From: Alphaproteobacteria bacterium
GTDB taxonomy: Bacteria > Pseudomonadota > Alphaproteobacteria > MPNO01
Length of the DNA: 64,000 bases
Assembly: GCA_964291675.2 (NCBI GenBank)
Contig: OZ219865.1
Location: forward strand, 768,001 to 832,000
Reading direction: 5' to 3'
Positions 33,242-42,517 of the stretch are shown here, piece by piece (position 1 is the first letter of the stretch; the number at the start of each line of letters is the position of its first letter). The translations under genes and the position numbers were made by a program. A model generated the notes under the pieces. That model had not been told where the DNA came from, ran no database searches, and worked only from the letters and a program-made list of their open reading frames with translations.

Positions 33242-34687
33242 TTGGGCGAGAGGCTGCTGATCGACGCGATGCCGGGCGAGATCCGCGCCGCCCTGGTGGC
33301 GGACGGGCGCGTCGTCGAGCTGTTCGTCGAACGGCGCGGCCGGGAGAGCCTGGTCGGCAACCTCTATCTTGGCCGGGTCGAGCGCATCCTCGACGGCATG
33401 GACGCCGCCTTCGTCGATATCGGGATCGGGCGGTCCGGCTTTCTCGGTCTCGACGGCGCGCGCACCGGCGAGCGCGGAGATGCGGACAGGATCGGCGACT
33501 TCCTGGTCGAGGGCGAAGCCATCGCGGTGCAGGTGGACCGCGACGCGGTCGGCCGCAAGGGGGTGCAGCTCAGCCGCCGGATCTCGCTCGCCGGGCGCTA
33601 CTTGGTGCACACGCCCGGCCGCTCCCGGATCGCGGTGTCGCGACAGATTGCCGACGAGGAGGAGCGCGCCCGCCTCGAAGCGCTCGCGGGCTCGGCCGCC
33701 GACGCAGGCGGCGGCTTCATCGTCCGCACCGCGGCGGACGGCGCGGGTGCGGAAGAGATCGGCGCCGACGCGGGCTATCTCCAGCGGCTGCGGTCGGATA
33801 TCGATGCCCGGCGGGCCGGCGCGTCGCCGCCGGCCCTGCTGCACGAGGAGCCGCCGCCCTTGCTCAGGCTGTTCCGCGACCGGGTGAGGGAGACGACCGA
33901 CGAGATCGTCATCGACTCGCCGGGCGGGTTCGCCGCGGCGCGCGACTACTGCAGGCGTTTTCTGCCGGCGCTGGAGGAGCGCCTCCGCCTCCAGGCCGGG
34001 CCGGAGCACGTGTTCGATGCGGACGAGGTGGACGCGGAGATCGAGCGCGCCCTCGCCCCCCGCTTCCCCCTGCCCTCGGGCGGCGAGCTGGTGATCGAGT
34101 CGACCGAGGCGCTGACCGCGATCGACGTCAACTCGGGACGCTTCACCGGCGGCGGGCGGCTGGAGGAGACGGCGTTCCGCACCAATCTGGAGGCCGCCGA
34201 AGAGGCGCCGCGCCAGCTCCGGCTGCGCAATATCGGCGGGCTGATCCTGATCGACTTCATCCACATGCGCGACGAGAGCCATTGGGGCCGCGTCCTCGAC
34301 GCGCTGGGCGGCGGCCTGGCCGGGGACCGCGCCAATGTGCGGCTGATCGGGCGCACCGGGGCGGGGCTGGTCGAGATCACCCGCCGGCGGCAGCGGGACT
34401 CGCTCGAACGCGCGCTCACCGGGCCCTGCGCCGAGTGCGGCGGCAACGGCAGGAGGGTAACCGCCGAGACCGCGGCGCTCCGCGTCATGCGCGCGCTCAA
34501 GCGCGAGGCGCGGAAGGCGGGGCCGGGCGTGCTCACGGTCGCCGCGCCGAGCGACGTGGTGGACGTCCTGCAAGACTCGGCCGCGCCGGCGATGTCCGAG
34601 CTCGCCGCCGTGCTGGGCCGGCGGATCGCGCTCGAGCGCCAACCGGCTTACGGGCGCGAGACCTTCGACATCGTGGCCGGCGGATGA
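33242..34687 (+). CDS. rng: Ribonuclease E/G family (RNase G)
   Basis: VGNLYLGRV, AAFVDIG, EALTAIDVNSG, QLRLRNIGG.I.IDFI, C..C.G.G; TTG start assumed. Confidence 0.92.
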   Translation: MGERLLIDAMPGEIRAALVADGRVVELFVERRGRESLVGNLYLGRVERILDGMDAAFVDIGIGRSGFLGLDGARTGERGDADRIGDFLVEGEAIAVQVDRDAVGRKGVQLSRRISLAGRYLVHTPGRSRIAVSRQIADEEERARLEALAGSAADAGGGFIVRTAADGAGAEEIGADAGYLQRLRSDIDARRAGASPPALLHEEPPPLLRLFRDRVRETTDEIVIDSPGGFAAARDYCRRFLPALEERLRLQAGPEHVFDADEVDAEIERALAPRFPLPSGGELVIESTEALTAIDVNSGRFTGGGRLEETAFRTNLEAAEEAPRQLRLRNIGGLILIDFIHMRDESHWGRVLDALGGGLAGDRANVRLIGRTGAGLVEITRRRQRDSLERALTGPCAECGGNGRRVTAETAALRVMRALKREARKAGPGVLTVAAPSDVVDVLQDSAAPAMSELAAVLGRRIALERQPAYGRETFDIVAGG

Positions 34688-34860
34688 CCGGCCGACCGGA
34701 CACCTGCCCGATCTGCGGCCGGCCCGGCGATGCCCGCCACCTTCCGTTCTGCTCGCCCCGCTGCCGGAAAATCGACCTCGGCCGCTGGTTCTCCGGCGCC
34801 TACGCGGTGCCCGCGGTCGAGCCGCCGGACGATTTCGACGAGGACGGGTTCGACGGCTGA
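34684..34860 (+). CDS. yacG: DNA gyrase inhibitor YacG
   Basis: CPICG...PFCSPRC..IDLGRW...Y. Confidence 0.93.
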   Translation: MTGRPDTCPICGRPGDARHLPFCSPRCRKIDLGRWFSGAYAVPAVEPPDDFDEDGFDG

Positions 34861-34868
34861 ACGCCGTC

Positions 34869-34898
34869 TGGACAGGCCGCTTCCTTCTCCTCTATAAG
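34869..34898 (+). promoter_or_regulatory. Putative tRNA promoter
   Basis: TGGACA-18 nt-TATAAG, ending 14 nt before the tRNA. Confidence 0.5.
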
Positions 34899-34912
34899 CG
34901 TGCCCCTCAGGT

Positions 34913-34988
34913 GCCCAGGTAGCTCAGTTGGTAGAGCACATGACTGAAAATCATGGTGTCGGTAGTTCGATTCTACCCCTGGGCACCA
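34913..34988 (+). tRNA. tRNA-Phe (GAA)
   Basis: GCCCAGG/CCTGGGC acceptor stem, AGCTCAGTTGGTAGAGC D arm, CTGAAAA anticodon loop, GTTCGATT T loop, encoded CCA; 76 nt. Confidence 0.98.
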
Positions 34989-35191
34989 TTCATCGTACCA
35001 ACCTGTCGAAACCGAAGGATTGCCCCTGGGCCTAGGGCGACGACCCTGCGCTCAATCCCGCCGTGTCCCGTGACGCCTCGGCGACGGCGAGGGCTCGCCC
35101 CGGCTCGGCTTTCCCGTCGCGCGTCGCGGCGAACAGGGTTGCTGCGCGCGCGCCGCAGGGACAAGCTCGGTCGACAAGACGGGAGATCGGC

Positions 35192-36646
35192 TTGGCGAAC
35201 CGCGAGAGCATTTTGGTCCGGGACGCGATGGTGCTGTCGCTCGACCGCGACGATGCCGTTCACGAGCGCGCCAACGTCGTCGTATCCGGCGGTGAAATCC
35301 TCGCGGTCGGCCCGGATGCCGGCGCCGGGGAAGAGCGCTTCGATCGCGTGATAGAAGGACGCGGACGCCTGCTCGCGCCCGGCTTCGTGAACGCGCACAC
35401 CCATTCCCCGGCCAATCTGATCCAGGGGACCGGCGACCGCCTCAGCCACCCCGCATTCATGTGGATGAACCAGGCCTACACCGCGCACCGGACGCCTCGC
35501 GAGGTGTATGTCAGCGCGATGCTCGGCTGCATCCAGATGCTGTCGAGCGGGACCACCGCCGTGCTCGATCACTTCCCGGGTCAGGCCTGCACGATGGCGG
35601 ACGTGGATGCGGCGATGGAGGCCTACCGCGACTCCGGCATGCGGGCGGTGCTGGGGCTGAGGTTCTACGATGCGGCCTTCGCGGACATCCTCCCCGAGGA
35701 CGGCGCGATACCGCGCGAGGTGGCGGCGGAGATCGACGCGCTGGACCCCCTGAAGCCGGTACCGCTCGAAGAGATGCGCGCGCTCACGGTCGAGGCGGTG
35801 CAACGCTGGCACGGCTTCGACGGCAGGCTTGCCGTGTTTCCCGCCCCGTCGAACCCGGAGCGCTGCTCCGATGCGGCGCTGGTCATGTGCGGAGAGCTGG
35901 CGCACCGCTACGATCTCGGGATCCACACCCACCTTCTGGAATCGCGTGTCCAGGCGGAGATCGCGCAGAGGAAATACGGATGCACGATGGTCGAGCACCT
36001 GGCCCGGCTCGGCCTGCTCGACCGCAGGCTCTCCCTCGCCCATTCGATCTGGCTGGACGATGACGACATCGGCCGTCTCGCGGATGGCGGGTCGGTGGTC
36101 GTGCACAACCCGGAGAGCAACCTGAAGATCGGGGCGGGAACGGCGCCGATCCCCGAGATGATGGCGCAAGGCGTGAAGATCGCGCTGGGCACCGACGGTG
36201 CGGGGACCAACGACAACCTGATCATGCACGAGGCGCTGCGCCTCGCGGCCGTCCTGCACCGCCCGGCGCTCGCCGAACGCGGGCGCTGGCCGGGGGCGAA
36301 GGATGTCCTGCGCATGGCGACCGAAGGGGGCGCGGCGGCGATCCTGCGATCGGGGACCATCGGCTCGATAGAAGTCGGCAGGCGGGCCGACCTCGTCCTC
36401 TACCGGCTGGACGCGCCGTGGTGGGTACCGGTCAACGACCCGTCGAGCCAGCTTGTGTTCGCCGAGAACGGGAGCTCCGTGGAAACCGTGCTGGTGGACG
36501 GGCGGGTGGTGGTGGAGGACGGCCGGATCGTCGCCTTCGATGCCGAATCCATCCTGCGCGAGGCCGCGCCGATGATGTCGCGGATCCTCGAGCGCAACCG
36601 CAGGCTTTACGCGCTGGCCAGCCGCATGGCCGAGCTGTTCCCCTGA
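35192..36646 (+). CDS. Metal-dependent amidohydrolase/deaminase (AtzB/MtaD-like)
   Basis: PGFVNAHTH, HTHLLE, AHSIW, HNPESN, LGTDG; TTG start assumed. Confidence 0.9.
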   Translation: MANRESILVRDAMVLSLDRDDAVHERANVVVSGGEILAVGPDAGAGEERFDRVIEGRGRLLAPGFVNAHTHSPANLIQGTGDRLSHPAFMWMNQAYTAHRTPREVYVSAMLGCIQMLSSGTTAVLDHFPGQACTMADVDAAMEAYRDSGMRAVLGLRFYDAAFADILPEDGAIPREVAAEIDALDPLKPVPLEEMRALTVEAVQRWHGFDGRLAVFPAPSNPERCSDAALVMCGELAHRYDLGIHTHLLESRVQAEIAQRKYGCTMVEHLARLGLLDRRLSLAHSIWLDDDDIGRLADGGSVVVHNPESNLKIGAGTAPIPEMMAQGVKIALGTDGAGTNDNLIMHEALRLAAVLHRPALAERGRWPGAKDVLRMATEGGAAAILRSGTIGSIEVGRRADLVLYRLDAPWWVPVNDPSSQLVFAENGSSVETVLVDGRVVVEDGRIVAFDAESILREAAPMMSRILERNRRLYALASRMAELFP

Positions 36647-36794
36647 GCCCGGTCGACCGGGCGAAGGGACTGCTCTACTATTCGCGCGATGCAATCGTGG
36701 CCGGCAGCCCGTCCCCACCGACCGTCGCGGCGGGCTGCCGATTTCGGCCGAGCGGGGTCGGACCGTCGATTTCCCCAGACAGGAGGGTGTGGCC

Positions 36795-37856
36795 ATGCGT
36801 AAGACACTCATCGCGCTGTCCGCAGCGCTTGCTCTCGCCATGGCGGCGGATGCGGCCGCCCAGGCCAAGTTTCAGTTCAAGATGACCAGCTTCGTGCCCG
36901 AGGGCACCGTTACCTGGAAGCTCTATCCGCAAGCCTTCGCCGAGAAGGTCAGGATCGCCACCGACGGCGCCGTCGCGGTCAAGCCGTACGGCGCCTTCGT
37001 TCTGGCCAGCATCTTCGAGGCGCACAGGGCGGTGAAGGACCGCCGGGCCGACATGGCCTATCATTACCCCGGTTTCGAGATCAACGAGCTGCCCGCCTCG
37101 GCGTTCATCGGCGACATTCCGGGCGGGATGGGGCCGCACGCCAAGCTGCTCTGGGTGCTGGGCGGCGGCGGCGAGCAATTGTGGACCGACTATCGCCACA
37201 GCCTCGGCTATCACGGGATGTTCTGCGGCATCATCGGCTCGGAGCTGTTCGCGAACTCCCACAAGAAGGTGCAGACTCTCGCCGACCTCAAGGGGTTCCG
37301 CTACCGCACCGCGGGGGCGAACACGTTCGTCATGCGCAAGCTGGGCGCCGCGCCGACGCTGGTGCCCGGGCCCGAGGTCTTCACCATGCTCGAACGCAAG
37401 GCCGTGGACGGCGCCGAATATCTCGATCCCTACGGAAACTACTCCCTCGGCTTTCAGAAGGTCGCCAAATACGTCATCTATCCCGGCATTCACGCGCCGG
37501 GCGGCCTTTACGAAGTCCTGATGCGAAAGGAGAGCTGGGATGCGCTGCCGAGGGATATCCAGGCCAAGATGCAGATGGTCTGCGATTCCGTGATGATCCG
37601 CTCCTATGCGACGCTCAACGTCAACAACGCCAGGGCGATGAGCGAGATGGATGCCTCGCCGGCCAACGAACTGGTCGAATTGTCGCCCGAGTTCATCGAC
37701 GCGGTACGCAAGGCCGGACGGGAATGGGCCGACGCCAAGGTCGAGGAGCAGAACGCCAAGGGAAATCCGTGGATGGAGAAGTTTGCCAAGAGCTTCTACG
37801 CCTTCCAGGAGTCCTGGTCGAAGAACTCCAAGTATCTCGTGATCGACCGGCAATAG
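36795..37856 (+). CDS. dctP: TRAP substrate-binding protein DctP
   Basis: AGGAGG RBS, signal peptide, DLKGFRYR, EVFTMLERKAVDG. Confidence 0.92.
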   Translation: MRKTLIALSAALALAMAADAAAQAKFQFKMTSFVPEGTVTWKLYPQAFAEKVRIATDGAVAVKPYGAFVLASIFEAHRAVKDRRADMAYHYPGFEINELPASAFIGDIPGGMGPHAKLLWVLGGGGEQLWTDYRHSLGYHGMFCGIIGSELFANSHKKVQTLADLKGFRYRTAGANTFVMRKLGAAPTLVPGPEVFTMLERKAVDGAEYLDPYGNYSLGFQKVAKYVIYPGIHAPGGLYEVLMRKESWDALPRDIQAKMQMVCDSVMIRSYATLNVNNARAMSEMDASPANELVELSPEFIDAVRKAGREWADAKVEEQNAKGNPWMEKFAKSFYAFQESWSKNSKYLVIDRQ

Positions 37857-37904
37857 CCGCCGGGCCGCGCTCGGGCGGGTGAGGCGCCGGCCCCGGTGCG
37901 ATCC

Positions 37905-38438
37905 ATGCGGGTTCTCCCTTCGCTCGACAGGTGGGCCGATGCCCCGGCGCGCCTCGTTTGCTATGCCGGGTTCGCTCTGTTCCCGGCGCTCATCCTCGTC
38001 GGGCTCTACGAGGTGGTCGCCCGCTACGCGTTCAATGCCCCCACGATCTGGGCCTTCGACATCACCTTCATGGTGCACGGGGCCCTGTTCATGCTGACCG
38101 GCGCCTACGGGCTGCTGAAGAACGTGCATGTCCGCATCGATGTGCTTTCGAGCCGCCTGCCGCTGGCGGTGCAGCACATCGCCAATATCCTGTCCTATGT
38201 CTTCCTGTTCATTCCGGCGATGTGGATCGTCGGCGACGCGGCGTTGCGGCGGAGCTATTCGGCGTTCGTCACCGACGAGGTGGAGCTGGTGAGCGCGTGG
38301 GCGCCGATCGTCTGGCCGTTCTATACCGCGCTTGCCGTCGGCCTGCTGGCGCTCTGGCTGCAGGCCTGCGTGGAGACCGTGCGGCACGGGGCCGGCGTCC
38401 TCGCGGCCCGCCGCGGCGCGACCGGCGGCGGGGCATAG
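37905..38438 (+). CDS. dctQ: TRAP small permease DctQ
   Basis: YEVVARYAFNAPTIWA, HVRID. Confidence 0.92.
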   Translation: MRVLPSLDRWADAPARLVCYAGFALFPALILVGLYEVVARYAFNAPTIWAFDITFMVHGALFMLTGAYGLLKNVHVRIDVLSSRLPLAVQHIANILSYVFLFIPAMWIVGDAALRRSYSAFVTDEVELVSAWAPIVWPFYTALAVGLLALWLQACVETVRHGAGVLAARRGATGGGA

Positions 38439-38458
38439 GGGCCGGCCCGGGCGCGGTC

Positions 38459-39778
38459 ATGCTGGAAATCCCCGCGATCTGGATGTTCCCGGCGCTTTTC
38501 GTCCTCGTGTTCATGGGCATACCGGTGGCGTTCGCCATGATCGGGCTGTCCTTCGCGTTCGGGTACTGGTTCTTCGGCGACACGCTGGGCCCGCAGATGT
38601 TCAGCCGGCTGAAGGACGTGTCGTCCAACTACGTGCTGACGGCGCTGCCCCTGTTCATCTTCATGGGCAGCGCGCTGGAGCGCTCGGGCATCGCCGACCG
38701 GCTGTTCCGGGCGATCCAGCTCTGGATCGGCAGGCTCCGCGGCGGGCTGGCGCTCACGTCGATTTCGATGTGCAGCATCTTCGCCGCCTGCTCCGGCGTC
38801 GTCGGCGCGGTCGAGACGGTCGTCGGCATGATGGCCATCCCGCCGATGGTCAAGCAGCGCTACAAGCACGACCTCATATCGGGGACGATCTGCGCCGGCG
38901 GCTCGCTCGGCACCATCATCCCGCCGACGGTCGTGGTGGTGGTCTACGGCTCGGTGGTGGAGGAATCGATCGGCGACCTGTTCGCCGGCGTGGTGGTTCC
39001 CGGCCTGCTGATGACCCTTCTGTTCATCGTCTATATCGCGCTGCGCTGCCATCTCAGGCCCGAGGACGGGCCGGCGCTCGAGGCCGACGAGATGCGCGTG
39101 CCGACGATCGAGAAGCTGCGCATCACCGCGGTCGCGCTGGTCCCCGCGATCGTCCTGATCGTTGCCGTCCTCGGATCCATTCTCGCCGGCATCGCCTCGC
39201 CCACCGAGGCCGCGGCCGTCGGAGCGTTCGGCGCGGTCGCGCTCATCGTCGCCTATGGGCGGATGTCCTGGGACATCGCCATGCAGGTCGTCGAGCGCGC
39301 CATCCGGGTGAACGTGATGGTCATGTTCACCGTGCTCGGGGGCGTGATGTTCTCCGCGATCTTCATGGTCAATGGCGGCAACGACCTCATCCGCGTGTTT
39401 CTCGATACCTTCGAGCCGGGCCCTGTCGAGCTGACGATCCTGATGCTCGCGGTGTTCTTCGTGCTGGGGTTCATTCTCGACTGGGTGTCGATCGTGCTGA
39501 TCTGCATGCCGATCTTCACGCCGCTGATCAGGAGCGTGGGCATCGACCCGATATGGTTCGGGATCATGGTCTGCATCGTCATCCAGACCTCTTACCTCAC
39601 GCCGCCGGTGGCGCCGTCCATCTACTATCTGCGGGCGATCGCGCCGCCGGAAATCACCTATGGGGAGATGTTCCGCGGGGTCGTGCCCTTCGTGATCTGC
39701 CAGCTCATCGTGCTCGCGGTCGTCGCGTTCTATCCGCCCACCGCGCTCTACTTGCCGTCGCTGCTGTTCGGCGGTTGA
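38459..39778 (+). CDS. dctM: TRAP large permease DctM
   Basis: PLFIFMG..LERSG, GSLGTIIPP, SPTEAAA, QTSYLTPP. Confidence 0.95.
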   Translation: MLEIPAIWMFPALFVLVFMGIPVAFAMIGLSFAFGYWFFGDTLGPQMFSRLKDVSSNYVLTALPLFIFMGSALERSGIADRLFRAIQLWIGRLRGGLALTSISMCSIFAACSGVVGAVETVVGMMAIPPMVKQRYKHDLISGTICAGGSLGTIIPPTVVVVVYGSVVEESIGDLFAGVVVPGLLMTLLFIVYIALRCHLRPEDGPALEADEMRVPTIEKLRITAVALVPAIVLIVAVLGSILAGIASPTEAAAVGAFGAVALIVAYGRMSWDIAMQVVERAIRVNVMVMFTVLGGVMFSAIFMVNGGNDLIRVFLDTFEPGPVELTILMLAVFFVLGFILDWVSIVLICMPIFTPLIRSVGIDPIWFGIMVCIVIQTSYLTPPVAPSIYYLRAIAPPEITYGEMFRGVVPFVICQLIVLAVVAFYPPTALYLPSLLFGG

Positions 39779-39794
39779 AGCGCCGGACCAGCCG

Positions 39795-40817
39795 TCAGTC
39801 GCCGAGCTCCTCGCGCAGGAAGTTGAACAGGCGAAGCACCTCGCGGTCGGTGTAGACGAACAGGCGGGCCACGTCGCTGGCGGCGACGTGCGAGATCCAG
39901 TTCCAGTGCGGCAGGGTGAAGACGTCGCGCTCCGCCCACTCGACGGTCTCCCCGCCGACGGTGGAGCGGCCCTCGCCTTCGACCACCGTCACGATGGCGT
40001 TGGCCGTGGTGCGCACCGGCCGGGTCTCACGACCCCTCGCGAGCTCCCAGGCGTAGCAGTCCATGCTGCGGATCACCGGCCCGCCGTCGACCGGGTTGGT
40101 GTAGCGGACCCGCCTCGCGCCGTCGGGCGCCGCCGGGGCCGCCTCCAGCGCCGCCAGGGTGCGGCTCCAGGGGTAGCGGAACATCGGCGAGTATGGCGTC
40201 GCGGGCGCGTCGGTGTCGGGCATGTACCCGGCGACGGCGAAGGCCCGGTCGGGAATGGCGGACAAGTCCGGTTCCCGCGCGTTCCCGCCGCCGTGCTCCA
40301 TGAACATCGGCCCGAGATTCTGCGCCAGCGGGATGTCGAGCGCATCCAGCCAGACCGACCGCCGGTCGGTCGGGTTGCTGTGCTCGTGCCACGCCCAGTT
40401 CGGCGTCAGGATCAGGTCGCCCGGCTCCATCGGGCAGGGCTCGCCGTTGACCGAGGTGATGCCGCCCCCCTCGATGACGAAGCGCATCGCGGACGGGGTG
40501 TGGCGATGCGAGACCGCGGACTCGCCGGGCTCGAGGATCTGGATGCCGGCGAACAAATTGGTCGTGGTGAAGCTCCTGCCGCCGAAATCGGGGTTGACCA
40601 GCATCAGCGCGCGGCGCTCGGCGTTCTCCATCGGCACCTCGCGGCCGGCGCGGTCGACGAAGGGGGCGAGGTCCTTCCAGCGCCAGATCCGCGCCGTGTC
40701 GGGCGCGCGCGGCTCGGACAGCATGACCTCGTCGCAGACCTCCCAGAACGGCCAGACCGCGGACTCGCGCAAAGTTCGGTGGAAGTCGGAAAGGGTATTT
40801 GTTGCCGCCTCGGCCAT
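39795..40817 (-). CDS. Gentisate 1,2-dioxygenase-like bicupin
   Basis: AERRAL.L.NP, QILEPGE...HRHT, LILTP.W.WHEH, WLDALD.P. Confidence 0.88.
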   Translation of the reverse strand: MAEAATNTLSDFHRTLRESAVWPFWEVCDEVMLSEPRAPDTARIWRWKDLAPFVDRAGREVPMENAERRALMLVNPDFGGRSFTTTNLFAGIQILEPGESAVSHRHTPSAMRFVIEGGGITSVNGEPCPMEPGDLILTPNWAWHEHSNPTDRRSVWLDALDIPLAQNLGPMFMEHGGGNAREPDLSAIPDRAFAVAGYMPDTDAPATPYSPMFRYPWSRTLAALEAAPAAPDGARRVRYTNPVDGGPVIRSMDCYAWELARGRETRPVRTTANAIVTVVEGEGRSTVGGETVEWAERDVFTLPHWNWISHVAASDVARLFVYTDREVLRLFNFLREELGD

Positions 40818-40891
40818 GCCCCATCTCCCCAATGTCCGGTAGGCCGCCGGCTCGGATGTTAGTCCATGCCCGGCCTATGCGCCAAACCGCG

Positions 40892-42517
40892 CTAGATCGG
40901 CTCCAGCCGGGGCGGGGCGGCGCGGGTGCCGGAGCCGCGCGTCGGCACCATCGGGACGGCGAAGCCCTGCTGGTGGCAGGCGCGGGTGATCACGGCGAAC
41001 TTCCACAGCGCGCCGCCGGCGACGGCAAGCACGCCGCCGAGCCCGATCGCCCAGGCCGATAGCGGGAAGGCGATCGCCAGCCCGACCAGGCAGAGAATGG
41101 CCGGGGCGGCATGGCCGAAGGCGGTCACGACGGGCGCCACGGCGTCGAGCTCGGCACGGGCGAGCGGCCCGATCCCCCGCGTCGCGGCGGTCCTGCGGTA
41201 AAGCTGCCAGAGCGCGCCGGTGGCGAGCGACAGCGCGACGATCGCCCAGGCTGCACCCGCGACCGCCCCTTCGCCCGTGACCTTCATCAGGAAGGCGAGC
41301 AGCCCGGCCCCTTCGAGCAGGCCGGAGAGCGCGATCAGCCAAGGGACCAGCGGCGCCCGCCAGGCGGGTATCCCCTTGCCGGCGAACAGGATCCGCGCCT
41401 GGCAGTAGAGGAAGGTTGCGCCGGCGAGCGCCACGGCGGCGTGGAGCGCGGGGTGCGGCCAGACCGCGTCGAGGGCGAGCGCCGGGTAGAGCACGGCCAC
41501 CGCATAGGTCTCGCGCGTCATCCACGAGCTCTGCGGGCGCTTGAGCACGTAGAGGAATCGCAGCTTGCGGCCGATCTCGAGAAAGACGAAGAACAGCCCC
41601 GCCGCCATCAGCGCGGCGGCGACGAGGTAGACTTTTAGCAGCGCCTCGGCCCCCAGCATGCCGAACAGCGCCGCGAGGCCGGCGACCGCCATGGCGCCGC
41701 CCGACAGCCCGCCAAGGACAAAGTTCATCGCCGCGCGCGCGTCCCAGAAGGTCTGGCGCTCGCCGACCAGCGGGTTTTCCGCATCGCTCATCGCCGCATC
41801 GCCGGTATCCGCTTCCTCGGCCGGCCGCCCCGGCGTCGCGTTGGGCACGTCGTAGAGGTAGCGGATCTGCGGGTCGGTGCCGAGCTCGGCATGCATCTGG
41901 AAGCTCGCATTGTCGCTGGCGAGCCGGGACACGTTGCTGTCGGGGTCGGCGAAATCGCCGAAATGGAGCGCCTGGGCGATGCAGGAGGCGGCGCAGGCCG
42001 GGGTGTATTCGAGATCGACGCCCGGGACGAGCCCGAGCGCCGCCGCCTCGTCCACCCGCTCGACGCAGAAGGTGCACTTGTTGGCCACGCCCACCCGCTC
42101 GTCATGCGCGACCCGCGCCTCCTGCGCCGTCGGCTCGCCGTAATACCAGCCCGCCTCGTGGGCGATGGTGCGTGCCTGGTAGGGGCAGGCGACCGCGCAG
42201 TAGCCGCAGCCGATGCAGGTGTCGTAGTCCATCGTCACCAGCCCGTCGGCGCGCTGGCGGGTCGCGCCGGTCGGGCAGACCGGGACGCAGGGCGGCTCGG
42301 CGCAATGCTGGCAGCCGGTGACCAGGAACAGCCGCTCGACATCGGGGTAGGTGCCGCGCTCGACATCGAGCACGCGGCGCCACTGCACCCCGGGCGGGGT
42401 GTCGTTGGCGTGCTTGCAGGCGATCGCGCAGGTCTGGCAGCCGACGCAGCGGTTGAGGTCGACCACCATGCCGTAGCGCGGCGGGGATTCGGTCACGGCG
42501 GCGCCCTCAGCCGGCAT
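40892..42517 (-). CDS. Fused 4Fe-4S ferredoxin plus DmsC-type membrane anchor (PadC-PadD-like)
   Basis: DLNRCVGCQTC, CQHCAEPPC, CIGCGYC..ACPY, KCTFC, then QTFWDARAAMNF and PQSSWMTRE membrane domain. Confidence 0.85.
   Translation of the reverse strand: MPAEGAAVTESPPRYGMVVDLNRCVGCQTCAIACKHANDTPPGVQWRRVLDVERGTYPDVERLFLVTGCQHCAEPPCVPVCPTGATRQRADGLVTMDYDTCIGCGYCAVACPYQARTIAHEAGWYYGEPTAQEARVAHDERVGVANKCTFCVERVDEAAALGLVPGVDLEYTPACAASCIAQALHFGDFADPDSNVSRLASDNASFQMHAELGTDPQIRYLYDVPNATPGRPAEEADTGDAAMSDAENPLVGERQTFWDARAAMNFVLGGLSGGAMAVAGLAALFGMLGAEALLKVYLVAAALMAAGLFFVFLEIGRKLRFLYVLKRPQSSWMTRETYAVAVLYPALALDAVWPHPALHAAVALAGATFLYCQARILFAGKGIPAWRAPLVPWLIALSGLLEGAGLLAFLMKVTGEGAVAGAAWAIVALSLATGALWQLYRRTAATRGIGPLARAELDAVAPVVTAFGHAAPAILCLVGLAIAFPLSAWAIGLGGVLAVAGGALWKFAVITRACHQQGFAVPMVPTRGSGTRAAPPRLEPI

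Noticed and set aside
35023-35031. CCCCTGGGC as an attR copy of the tRNA-Phe 3' end
   Set aside because: Only 9 bp, GC-rich, no integrase nearby; insufficient for a genomic island call.
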